From the NCBI RefSeq assembly GCF_009914755.1, contig NC_060926.1: DNA of 64,000 nucleotides; one strand, given 5' to 3'. The position numbers and the translations under genes were made by a program. Below, in pieces: positions 1 through 12,960 of the stretch (position 1 is the first letter of the stretch; each line of letters starts with the position of its first letter). Under the pieces are notes generated by a model. That model saw nothing but the letters and a program-made list of their open reading frames with translations, was not told the origin of the DNA and ran no database searches. Source of the DNA: the human T2T-CHM13v2.0 reference genome, Homo sapiens.

Positions 1-1610
1 ATGCCCAGGAGAGCCTCCCACCCCTTACTTTACAAAACCCCCCACCTTCGCCTGGAAGAAACCTCCTCTTAGAGGTGTGCAGGTTTGAGGTTCTCTGCCT
101 CTCCCTCCAGCCTAGAGACAGGACGAGGCACAGCACTCTGTGACCAGAGAAAGCTCCAGCCTGTCTTCAGGCAGCATCTGTGCCAGCCTTGTGCCCCAGC
201 TGACAGGGACAATACGCTTTATACCCAAAACAATTCAGCCAGGGCAGGGATACTGCAATTCTGATCGTGTGGAGAAGAAAACCGAGGCTTAGAGCGGTTG
301 GGTCAATGGCACCAGAGCAGCTGGAATGTGGCTCCACCAAGATGCACCTGGGCCCTAAAAAGCCTAAAAAGCCGAGCTCCTCCTCACTCTACTTTCCAAC
401 AAGAGTGCGCCCCTGGAGGAGCCGCGCCTCCTGCCTGGGGCTCATGGTTCCACCACGCATTGCAATGGGCACTAAGGGGAGTGGAAGGCGTGGGCTCAGG
501 AGCAGCAGCCAGCTCAGATCCACACCCCCACCCCACCGCTCTCGCTTGGGGCCGCAGTGGCCACAGGTATCAGACGGGAGGACGGGTATCCACGCCACAG
601 GTGTGCAGGGACTAACGGACCACACGTCATAACATGGGGCCCAGCACACAGAAGACACCCACTGCAGAAACATGGCAGGACGCAGCTGGGCAGGTCCTCC
701 CTGAAGCCGAGGGAGGCAGCGAGTTCATTCACCTCATAGCACCTGGGGTTGGGGAAAGGCTGGGCCATTGACCTCCTGTGTTACTTATCCTGACAACAGT
801 TCTTCAAGGAGGAAACCCTGAAGTCTGCTTTGCAGATGGGTGGACCCGGATGAGGGAGGTGGCAAACTGACCACTGTGGCTCTCCGCTCGCTGGAGGGCC
901 GCAAGCCTGGACTTTGAAGCTCATCCACCTAATCCCAAAGCACATTCCTTCTAACACACCACTTGCCCGCAGGGAGGCAGATGCGGTCAGTGCGGCTTCC
1001 AGGACTATCTGGGCCCGGGCCACGTTTGCATCGGCCTTCTCAGGCACCTGCCCACCTCTGCATGGGACAGATGAGCCAACATGGCTCAACCCTTCTCTGG
1101 AGCATCCTCAGATGACCAGCAGAGCCTTGGTCCTCTGGGTGACCTGGGTGCCTGGCCCCAGAGGGCAGCTGGACCGCACGGCTGGAAGGACCACCCTCTG
1201 GGCCCCCCTTTGGCAGCCATGGCCCTGATCCGTCCTCCACCATCCTGTGGGTTGGAGCCCCCACCCCGCCCCTTGGGGTCACTGGGCTGCAGCCGCAGGG
1301 ACTCTGCCACACAGGCTCCTCCCTTCCTGGCCCCCACTCCCCACTCTAAGGGCCCCAGGCTTCTCTGCATCCAGCCAGTCATCAGCGGAGGGAGTGTGTG
1401 GAGGGATCTCCCTGCTGAGCTGCCATTACTTCTATCCACCTTTCCCACTGGCCATTTTGGCACACTTGGGCTCTGACTTCCAGGGCCCCGGGTTTTCCCA
1501 GGAAGCAGCAGAGACACAGGGAGGCCACTGTGTGTTAGTCTCCACTGCCAGAGAACCCTGCCGAGGGCTTCTCCCACAGGCCCTGGGAGCCCGCATTCTG
1601 CCTCTGGGAT

Positions 1611-2163
1611 TGAGAGGTGAAGCCAGCTGGACTTCTGGGTCGGGTGGGGACTTGGAGAATTTTTCTGTCTAGCTAGAGGATTGTAAATGCACCAATCAGC
1701 ACTCTGTAAAAATGCACCAATCAGCACTCTGTGTCTAGCTAAAGGATTGTAAATGCACCAATCAGCACTCTGTAAAATGGACCAATCAGTAGGACGCGGG
1801 TGGGGACAAATAACGGAATAATAGCTGGCCACCCCAGCCAGCAGCGGCAACCCATTTGGGTCCCCTTCCATGCTGTGGAAGCTTTGTTCTTTCGATCTCC
1901 ACAATAAATCTTGCTGCTGTTCACTCTTTGGGTCCGCACTACCTTTAAGAGTTGTAACACTTGCCGCGAAGGTCCGCAGCTTCATTCTTGAAGTCAGCAA
2001 GACCACGAACCTGCTGGACAGAAGAAACCCCGGACACATCTGAAGGAACAAACTCCGGACACACCATCTTTAAGAGCTATAACACTCACCGCAAAGGTCT
2101 GCAGCTTCATTCTTGAAGTCAGTGGGACCAAGAACCCACTGGAAGGAACCAACTCCGGACACA
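1611..2163 (+). mobile_element. Solo LTR of ERV9 family (LTR12F-like)
   Basis: Starts TGAGAGGTGAAGCCAGCTGG and ends CCGGACACA; four CCAATCAG repeats; AATAAA near 1903; 4-bp TSD GGAT (1607-1610 and 2164-2167). Confidence 0.92.
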
Positions 2164-2847
2164 GGATGGGGCCCACCCTGCCCTCCTAGAGGCCCGCTAA
2201 GGGATTCTGAGGCGAGGTCCGCAGAGCGTTCAGTGTGGCACCCATGCACACTGAGCCCACACCAAGACTATTCTGGAACTGCTGCTGGGATTCATGAGGC
2301 ACGAGGAGCTAAATTCACTGAGGACGCTACTGGCGGCTTTCCTCCTCAGCATCTGTCCCCTTCCCCCTTCCTTCCTGACATCAGTGAATTCCATACCAGG
2401 GAGGCCAGTTCCCCAGCCGGCTTCTGGAAGAGGCATGTCCAGCACCCAGGCTGAGCCACTCGGTGCGCTCTGCACCCCGGTCACAGTGACTGGTTCAGAG
2501 TTCAATACGTGGCTGGAGCCAGACCGAAGGAGAGTGAATCCAAGACTTGCTAAGACAAAGATGCTGTCCTTCCTGATGGGTGTGAACCAGCCAGTGTATA
2601 TAACCCTGGGAGCAGCGGGCAGGGCCTGTGTATCCCATGAAGCTGACTCTCCCCAGGTAGGGCAAAGAAACAAGCCCCAGATGACACTGTGGAGGAGCTG
2701 GATCAAACAGTGCCTGAATACTTCCTCCTCCGGCACTTTCTAGGAAAACAAGCCAAACAATTCCCTGAGGCCACAGTACCTAGCAAGATCCTATCTGATG
2801 GGGAGCTACCAGAAATACCTCCCTGCTCAATACCTCCCTCGAAGCCA

Positions 2848-3170
2848 GCCAGGTACAGTACCTCACGCTTGTAATCCCAGCACTTTGGTAAGCCGAGGTG
2901 GGCAGACTGTTTGAGCCCAGGAGTTTGAGACCAGCCATGGACAACATGGCGAAACCTCATCTCTACAAAATATACAAAAAATTAGCCAGCCATGGTGGCA
3001 TGCGTCTTTGGTTCCAGCTAATCAGGCAGCTGAGGCAAGAGAACTGCTTAAGCTGGGAGATCAAGGTTGCAGTGAGTGGTGATTGTACTGTAGTGAGTGG
3101 TGATTGTACCAGTACACTCCAGCCTGGGCAACAAAGCAGGACTCTGTCTCAAAAGATATATATATATATT
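2848..3170 (+). mobile_element. AluJ-type SINE with internal 21-bp duplication and (TA)n tail
   Basis: Alu dimer with J-type GAGCCCAGGAG; TSD GAAGCCA (2841-2847 and 3172-3178). Confidence 0.88.
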
Positions 3171-6100
3171 GGAAGCCACCCCCAAAAATCCCCTTAGAGT
3201 GCCTTTCCCACCCTCCACCTGTGGAGGAGCTGTGCCCACAGGGGCACCATGCGGCCGCAGCCCCAGCCCTGACCTCTCCCATCTCCCTGTCCTTCACTGC
3301 CCTCCAGAGCGGCACTACCCCTCACTTTGCTACCAGGAGCCGCCACATGCCTGGAGCCCCGAGCCTGGACCTGAGCACCCAGCCACGCAGCCTCCCTTGA
3401 GACACTGCAGCCACACCCGGTAGCCCTCTGACCAAGGCAGTGGGCAAAATGCACACAGTCCTTCAGGGTCCCTGCTCATGCAAATCAGAAGCAGTGAAGA
3501 CGGGACAGAAAGAACCAAGGGGAGGGAAAGCGGGGCAGCCTGGATTTACGCACAGCCACAGTCTCAGGGCAGCTCCCTCTCCCAGCACACTGGGAAGCAT
3601 GACAGACGGCAAAGCCGTGGCACAGTGTCCATCAGACCGCTCGGGTCATCCTCAGGGCCAGGGGCCTCGGCTCGGCCTCGATACGAATCACACTGTGGCC
3701 AAGGCGCAATCTGGACATGCCATAGCAGCTGAGCCACCATCACGAGCCGGGCTCTGCATACCGGGTAGGGACGCTGGCCCTTCAGGTCCCTAACAAGCGC
3801 AGCATGCCCTGGGGGCTGACAGTGTCCGTGGGAAGCATCACGGTGCTTCTGAGCTTTCAAGAGTCTAATCTCTGTAAACTATGACACAGTCCCTGCAAGG
3901 ACAAAGGCAGACGAGAGCTTGTTCTCAAACTGTACTAAGGTCCTTCGGGGAGACGTCCACCACACCACGACCTGCTGCAGAGACACCCTGAGCAGGTGCA
4001 GGAGCCTCAGAAAGTCCTGCAGGTGCATCCAAGGCCCGGTCAGCAGCAGGCCCCGGGCAGGGGACATACCCTACTCCTCATTCCTCCCAAGACCTGCCAG
4101 CAGAGAGGGCTGTGTGTCCTCAGAGCCAGCGGGGGAGGAGGAAGAGGAAAGCTGAGTCTCTGCGGGAGAGACACTCACTCAGCAGATGACAAAGGACTCA
4201 CTGAGGTGATGGGGTCATGACAGTGAAGCTGGGATCTCAACCGATGCTCACTCAACACCCCAGAGCCATGGAACACAGGACATCACTGCAAATCACTCTT
4301 GTCCACTGCAGGCACATTGGCAGTGTGACGAGCAGGAGAGAGCACATCCACCAATCAGACCCTTCACCCCACACCCACGAGAGCACCGAGGAACCAGGAG
4401 AAGGATACGTGAAACAAGAGAAGAGGCCCTCCGCAGCCCACACGTGCCTCAGCTCTGGCCTCCGCTTAACCAGAAGAATTCTGAAAACAGAACTTCGTCA
4501 GTGCTGAAGCTGGCACGCTGACATGGAAAGACACTCTTCTTCAGGGAGGGACCGCGGGAAGCACTGCACATGGTTGGTTGTGAACTCCGAAGCCCAAAAG
4601 GTCAACATCCCCACCAGCTTGGGAGGTGAGTTGGATGCTCCCACACCAGGCCCCATCCTGCCCGGGCCACCATGCCGGGCAGGGGTGGGATGGCCCAGCC
4701 CGGCTGCTACCCTCGGATGGCAGCGGGCATGCACGTAACGGCTCTGCAGGTCAGCTGCTGCCCCAGCCAGCAACCGAGCTACGCTGGGCTGTGCTGCACA
4801 CTCAGGGGCAAAGGAAAGCAAGCTGCTTCAGGGCAGGCACTCGAAAGGCGAGAAGACACAGGCACCCCAGTGACATCTCCTTTGATGCATCCTTCTGACC
4901 TGGAGAGCCAAGGGGCGGATTCCAACACAGAGCCCTTGAGCTGGCAAACAAGTGTTCTCCAAAGAATGGGGACTGTGACCACCTATGAGGATTTTTTCAG
5001 TGCAAAATCTGATGTAAATTTTATAGTAGAGGGGGTTTTAATATGCCAGAACCTCCCAATGGTTTTCTTTATGGCTCACTTTAAAGGTCCAAAAGGTCAG
5101 AGGGCCACCCACATCCTGCAAGCAAGGAGGCACAGTTGGCATCACTAATTAAGATACACCCCGCTTGTGTGGACCCACAGGCCATCTTCCCCTCCTTGTC
5201 CACAGCCCCCAGAGGTGGAATGGGGGTCAGCCTCCTTAGAACACTCTAACCCCTGAGCTTACGGGGCTCGGACATGAGTCCTGGGGGTGGGTAAGTCCTC
5301 AATAGCCAGCTGGGATTAGCCCCAGGCCACAGGGAGGACTGAGGCTCAGGGGCCCTTGGCCACGCTCTGCTGACCTGCTGGGGGCCCACTTTCTGCCACT
5401 TGACTTACATGGCACGGTGCCAGCCAGCAAGGCCCCTGCAGATGGGCCAGGCTGGGCTCAGCCTCAGACCCGGAATTCTGGTGTGTAAACCGGTGGCACT
5501 GGGGGTGCCAGCTCGGGTCCCCCAGCGGGTCCCCTCCAGCACGGTTTCTACACAGACTCCTGGCAGGCTTCAGTCCTGACAGCTACTCTACAGAATCCTG
5601 GACCTAGGCACAGAGGAAGCTCTCGCCAGCACTGCTAGAAGGAAGGAACCCCCTCCCTTCTGGATGCGGCCCGTCTCAGAGCCACAGGACTGGGACCCCC
5701 GGCGTGTGAGCCACCTTCTTCACCTTGCCCTTGTTTTGGAAGCTGCCCTTGCTTTTCATGCAGAAGTCCCCACAACAGCACCACCAAGCATGTGCCCCAA
5801 GGAGGGCCTAGCCGCGCCATGGACCACCTGGAGGCCTCCTTGGGATGCATCTGAATGGGCCTGCCTCCACAAAGTTAGAACAAGAGAGATCAGGTCCATC
5901 ACCCAGCTGGAGCCAGGCACCAGTGCACAAAATAGAAAGAACAGAAGCAAACTCTCCATTAAATGCAAGAAGACTACACATACATGAAAACGCAAGGAAG
6001 TCCTTTGTGCAGACCACACCTCCACCCCACCCAGGCAGCCTGCCAGTTGGCCCGGCTCATCACTGGCTCACGCACTCTGGCCTCAGAGACCTCAGTCACC

Positions 6101-7371
6101 AGGCCACCATCTGGCCACAATGCCCTTTTCACAATGCAGCCCCGAAACTCTGGCTCTGGCTAAAAAGGACCACACCCCATTCCCACCCACCCAGCCTCCC
6201 CTTCCTCCTCCTCATCTGGGCCTGGCTCCTGCACCACGGCTCTCCCTACCAAGCAAGCCCTCCAGCCACAGCCCTGGTTCTCAGGATGGTGACCCGTGTG
6301 CACCTGCCTGTTTAGCTCCTTTTTCTCCTCTGTCCCTACCAACACCAAAGCCTCTTGTGGGCAGAGGCCAGTTTTCCTGATCAAGCCTGGGGTCATGGGG
6401 CTGGCCACTGCGTCTGGCACAGAGAATGTGTTCAACTGAGTCTCATCTCATGTAAAACCTAGTACTTGGGCTGGGGTGTAAAATGAGTATTTGCAAAATA
6501 ATAACTAATCAATTAGAAATATTCAGGGAACATGGCCCCCAAGGACCACCCCCCCTCCACCCCCAACCCCACCACCAGGGAGGCCAGTGGAGATACCACA
6601 GAAACTTCTCTTCCTCAGTTTAAAAAAGAACCGCTCCAGCAAATAGCAACACATAAACCAGATGATGGGCCATTCCCAAGGGAAAATGCAATTCCATCAC
6701 CGCTTGAACAATACTCCCACTTGGAATGCTGGTTCAGACTTTCAGGTCCTAAGAACTGATTTATTGTTTCAAGCTTAAACATCAATCCAGCAAAAGCACT
6801 TGACTCACACAGACGGAGTACTTCATAAACAACAGTAAACTCACAAAGCCCAACACTCACATTTTTAAACAGAGCAGACTCCAAAATGTTTACGTACACA
6901 AACATATTAATGTATCATATTAAAATTATGACGCTAAATAAGAAGTGATTAAATAATGTCATTAATTCTAATTTAAAACAAGCAGAGAAAAACTTCTTCA
7001 TAAAAGCACCACTCGCCTCCTCACACGCCGGGGCCCTGGGCGAAGCGGCTGGAGAACAAGCTGCACACACCTGCCTTGGCCTTGGCACAACAGTCGCATT
7101 TGCCACTCGACAGCTGTGTTGAAGGCCCTTCTCCCTCCCATTCCTTTCTGCATCACAGAATTCCCTCCACTTGCATTTATGACATCTCCTTAGGAGCATG
7201 TAATCTCCAAAATCAGGACCAAGAAGTTCCCAGATGGGGGCAGGGGGTGTCAGGAAACAGGCAATTCCAGAGCACTGGCAAGAACCCCGCAGAGGGGCCA
7301 GGCCAGAGGTGGGGCCTCACCCCAGCTCTCCCACCCAAGGCCCGCATTGTGCCATTCACTGGGCTACCTAC

Positions 7372-7930
7372 TCATCCATTCATTCATTCACTCATTCATT
7401 TTCTTTCATTCTTCGAGCACCTACACTGCCAAGCACAGGGTACAGAGCAGGCATGAGGCCCTCAGGGCCCCTCAATCCTACAGAGCCCCAGCTAGTAGAA
7501 AAGGTGGCATTAAACAACTAAGGTCACAATGAGCTCCTTCCTGAAATTGCACAATGGGATGCTGTTAGAAAGGAGGAAAAAAGCTATTAGGCTAAGTTTA
7601 ACAGGGGATCAAAGGATGAGAGGATGAGCATGAACTGAGGGGCTGGAGAAGAGGAAGGTAAAGGGAGGCCATTCCAAGGAAGGGGAACAGTGTGTGCAAA
7701 GGCCCCGAGGTCAAAGGGGACTTAGAGAGAGCTAGAAAGTAAAGCAGGTGGCAGCTGAAACTCCACAAACACAGCAAGTGCTATCAGATGAGGCTGGTAA
7801 AACAGAGGCCAGGATCAGGCAGGCCTTCCAGGGCCCTGAGACCTTAGGATCCTAAGAATACAGGAAAGTCATGCCAGGGTTTCAAGCAAGGGAATGAGAG
7901 GTACAAACCTGCTTCTGGTGGAAACCTGGG
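7372..7930 (-). mobile_element. L2 LINE 3' fragment
   Basis: (CATT)n tail followed by GAGCACCTAC...CCAAGCAC and later TGTGCAAAGGCCC, typical of reverse L2 3' ends; boundaries approximate. Confidence 0.55.
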
Positions 7931-8559
7931 AGACTGTTTGTAGGATGGGCTGTAGCAGAGCCCGCTCAGACCCCGAGGGTCAGTCCCCACCTTGAAGAGC
8001 TTACATGTGAGTTAGAAAAACAAATGCCCCTAAATTCTTCTATTGCAAAGCATATTTATCAACTTGCCAAGGACTTAAAGAGTACTTTTCTTTCCAATGA
8101 AGATATCTAAATGTTTTCAAATTACTACTGTAAAAAAGTAATACACGCTTACCAAAAGAATCTCTACAATACCACCATGTATAAAAGAAAAGTGTACCCC
8201 GTCTCCTCACCTCTGATGGTTACCTTAGAGACCCATGTACTTAAAACCAGGAGTGGCCCGGGGACTGCTCCAGACCCCGCCTTTCCCTCTTACACTGCAC
8301 ACTTCTGCCTGTCTACACATGGAGGATGCCACAGTGCAGAAATGCCAGCAGGTTTAACAAGTACTCCTTTTATAAATAATGCAGCCCCGACCTCCACACA
8401 CGTCTGGATATCTACACACTTATCTTCTTTCCTTAGAATAGATTTCAAAATGTAGAACTGTGGGGACAAGGAGAATGGCATTTAAGATTTTGACACTTAA
8501 GACTTTTCTAGAGAGCAATTCGGTAATCACTATTTTATGTTTATACATTACATATATAA

Positions 8560-8915
<356 letters not shown>

Positions 8916-10070
8916 TAACAGCCAACATTTATATCATGCTTACTACATGCCAGGCCCTATTCAAGGAAATTTCCATACATTAACTTAAACTTTGCAAAAA
9001 CCTTACAAAATAGAAATTATTATTATGACCAGCAACAGGTATCATCAAACTCGCCAATATGATAGGCATAAAGGGAATCTCCTTCACACTGAATTGATTA
9101 GTAATGCTAACCTTTCATCACTGGCACAATGATTCAATGTTCATACGTTCTGCTCATCTTGCAATGGTGATCTCATGCTCTCCTTATTGGTCTGTAAAAG
9201 CTCTTTATATATTGACTATTAAGCTTACACAGGCATAATGTGGTATGTATTTTCTCTCTCGTCTCTTAGCCCGGCTGACGGAGTCTTTTGCCAAAGAGAT
9301 TTTTTAAAAAACTCTTATCCTATTAAATCTGTCAAGATTTTCTTTAAGGTTTCTGGGTTGGTATTGAAAGAGTAGATTAACTTGGTCCTCAAATGCTTTC
9401 TTCCAATAAAATCTTCCAAGGTAATCAACAGACCGAACAACAAACACTAAAAGCTGCTCCGGCTGAAGTGGACTTGGAGCATTAGCTCCCTTCCGTCACC
9501 CCCACCTGCCTCCAGGCGTCCTGGGGACTTTGCAGGAGAAGAACATGATGTCTTCTAGTTCTGCAGTCCCACACGTGACATAAGACAGCATGAGAAAGCC
9601 AGAAGTACTGCCCAGACCTATGAAACGCGCCTGTAACAGCGCCAAGAACAGTCAACACAGCACTAGAAAGTCTAACGACACTGAACTAGAAAGGTATTCC
9701 AAATCGTCCTCTTCTCTAAGAGGCTGTGTTCGCCCAAGCACCTCGACAAGCTGAACTTCAGCTTCAAGGTCACCACCAGCCTAGAAGCAGAGGCACGGAG
9801 AGGAACTGGCCTTTGGGACTGGAGATGCAGGGGGTGGCACATGGTCCATTTCATTCTACCCCCAGTTCCTCCAGAGGTAGAGCCCACCTGCAGGACTGTG
9901 CTGACACCTACATGGTGAGTGCATGAAACAGCACGAGCCCCAAGCAGGTGCTCATCTGGCGTCAGCTACGGGAGCATGTGACAGCTGCTCGTGGCATCAT
10001 CTCCTTGCTCCAGGATACATCCTCATCCCCCGACAGTGATACAGGAAGTCACGGTGGGGGCAATCTATGC

Positions 10071-10208
10071 AGGACCCCGACCTTCCTTCCAGGAAGTGAG
10101 TAGGAGGTGTGTCAGCAAGGCCACAGCAAGGGGACATGTAGGACCCTGACCCTCCTTCTAGGAAGTGAGTAGGAGGTTTGTCAGTGAGGCTGCAGCAAGG
10201 GGACATGG
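10071..10208. repeat. Diverged 69-bp tandem duplication (2 copies)
   Basis: AGGACCC...AGGAAGTGAGTAGGAGGT...CAGCAAGGGGACATG begins at 10071 and again at 10140. Confidence 0.9.
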
Positions 10209-12960
10209 CCATTTAATGCTGCAGGCACCATGGCCCTCATGCCACCCCAAAACAGGTCCCACTCTTCCCACGCACAGAAGCCCAAGAGAAGAAAACTGAC
10301 CGTATGAAGAGAACTTACTGACCTTAGTGACACTTGTTCCCACAGAAACGCTTATGAATGAGTTAAGGTCTGTTCAAAGGTAGCATCACTTTTGACATGG
10401 CACCCCTCATCTGACCTGAACCAGAAGGTGCAGTACCCGCCTCTAACGTCAAGGCCAAAAACCCAGAGCCCACCACACGGCAGGGCATATGCTGACCACC
10501 TGAAATCAAAACAAACACTCCCTCCAAATCCATCCTTTCCGACTCCTTACCCCAGGACAGACTGGGGGCTGCCAACAACAGGGCAGGGGCTCAGTCTCGG
10601 TTCCACAGCCCCAAGCTTAGGTGGAGACTGGGCCCCTTCGCCCTTCAGTTCCCCCATCCCCAGCTACAGTCATCAATTCTGAGCCTCGGAGGAAAGCCCG
10701 GCCACAGCCTGTCGCCCCGCTGCCTCTCAGCAACGGCAGTTCTCTCGGCCTCTGCGGCTCCTTCGCGCCCTACATCAGGTATTAATATATTACTCATGGC
10801 AGCTTCTGAGCTATGAAAGCCCAGCCGTTTTCAATAGAGAATGGTATGGATGAATTCTACAGGAGTGATGAAATGTTTCTTCTGCTCCGGCAATTAAGAC
10901 AGCATAAAGTCGCCTTTCCTTTGGTGCCACCCCCAACATTAAAGGATTGGAATTCAAAGCCATTCATGCTGCATTGAAACCTCACAATGAAGCTGGAGAA
11001 TGGAAGTCGATTACTGGGCATAAATATGCAGTAGTTAAAAGGAAAGAGTTATAACAAAATTAAACTGCAGCAACCCCACAATGTGTGGAAACTTCCAGCA
11101 CTAGAGTCCTCCTGGTAAACATCCATAGGGCATTCTTCTCAACGAGGTCTCTGGCCACAGAGTCCAGATGGGCTGCCTGAGCCGCACGTGGCCAGCGTGC
11201 CAGGTTGTCCTGTCCATCTTGCTACAGCAACAGCCCCCAAGGCCTCCGAGAATATGGCATTTGGGGATTTTTATTTTGCATGGCTAGGAAGCTGCTGAAC
11301 ACAGAACATTCTCTCTGGTGCAGGGCTCCGAGGCCACATCTGTCCTTCGTCCCTAGGCCTTCCAGGCCCATATGCAGTCCAGTCATCTTCCCTCCACCCC
11401 GTCCCCTTAGCCCAGGGCTCCCCCGGGGGCATGCCTGCTGCCAGCTCCCCTTGCAGGAGAAAGAACCCTAAAGAGGGCAGCGTTACATCTGCCTGCTGAG
11501 TACAGCCGGCTTCTTTTCTAATTGATTACTGCTCTCTTTAGGATGGGATTTGATCTCTAAAATAAAAGCCCAGAACACAGAAAGCTATAGAAGTCTTACA
11601 ATGTGTTGGGGTGTGTGTTTTTAAGGCATGAAAATACTTCCCTCCCACACAAATGTGAGTTCTTCTGGGGAAAGATGCCACAGATCCCAGAGAGTAGAAT
11701 ATCTGGGAAAGCCCGATCAGTCTTAAAAATAGGTAATTGAACACAGATTTTAGAATTCACAAGAGCTACCTGAAAAAAAATTAAATTTCACATATTTTTG
11801 ATATCCAAAACTCCATTCTGATGAAACTTCTAACTCGGTGGCATTTTGCATTTCCAATTATAATAGAGTAATTGTGTTGCCATAGTTACTGCAAAATTCT
11901 GCAATAACTTTTGTTGCTTTGTAACTGCTGTAGTGTATATTTGTGTACAAGCAGCTGAGTTTTCTTAATTCGATCTCCCTCCCTTCCACCCTCCCTCTCC
12001 CCAGCCACCACCACCACCTTTCCTGGCTAGGTCCTGAAACCACCACACCAGCCTTCTTTGGACAGTCCCGAAAATAATGCACAGAATTATCAGAAGCAAT
12101 TAAAACTCCAGGCAACCACGATCATATTACAAAAGAAAAAGTGAAACCAGGTCAAGGTGCAAACCTGCCAGTATCCCCCCAGTCCTGCTGGGCTGGCGCT
12201 GGGCCAGGACTGTTTACAGGCTTACTCCCAGGCCTTAACTGCTTCGGTGATTTGTGGGAATAAACAGAAAAGCCTGAACAGAGAAAAACGGGGCGGCAAA
12301 GTGACTGCACAGGCCCTTTCCTCCCTCACGGAGAGCAAGCAGAACTGCTCTCAGCAAGCAATTAGGTAGGTCTCTACAGTCATGCAATTAGGATTTAGTG
12401 AAGAAAGTCATTAGTTTTAAAATAACTTAAGTTTAATTTCTGCAACGCTTTATTTGAAAACTGTGTCACAGCAGGTCAATTTACAACATGCAATAAAGAA
12501 AACACTCATATCAGCTGCCTCAAGTTATTACAAATTTTTGATGTGCATTAAATGAGTACACTGGGTTCCACCCCCGGCCTTTCCAACTGATACGCACGGT
12601 CTCCTCCTATAACAGTGTCAAATAATTCAACGCTCAATGTAAATACGAGATAATTTGCTTATGATTCCGTGGTGTGTTTTCGCAACGCCGGCAAACGCGG
12701 ATCCCACCCCCGAGCGGGACCCGGCCCCGTCTCGGCCTGCTGGCGCCCTGCGGGCTGAGCCGAGCGGGTCCCGGGCAGCCCCCCGCCCTCCCGCGACCCC
12801 CCGGGCGCTCGCAGCGGCGACGACAAGCGCGGGGCCGCGGACCCCCGGCAGGGACGTTTTTCTGCAAACTCACAGCATTTGACAAAGTTACATAAACGGC
12901 GCCCGGCCGGCCCCGGCGCCCGCCCGCCCCCGCCCTCACTCCCGGCGGCCCGGAGCCCAC

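Noticed and set aside
1086-2051. 321-aa minus-strand ORF
   Set aside because: About half is antisense LTR12 sequence (repeated SADWCIYNPLAR); no recognisable domain.
8111-8455. 114-aa ATG-initiated ORF antisense to HDAC4
   Set aside because: No recognisable homology, and it appears to overlap a decayed reverse L1ME-like fragment.
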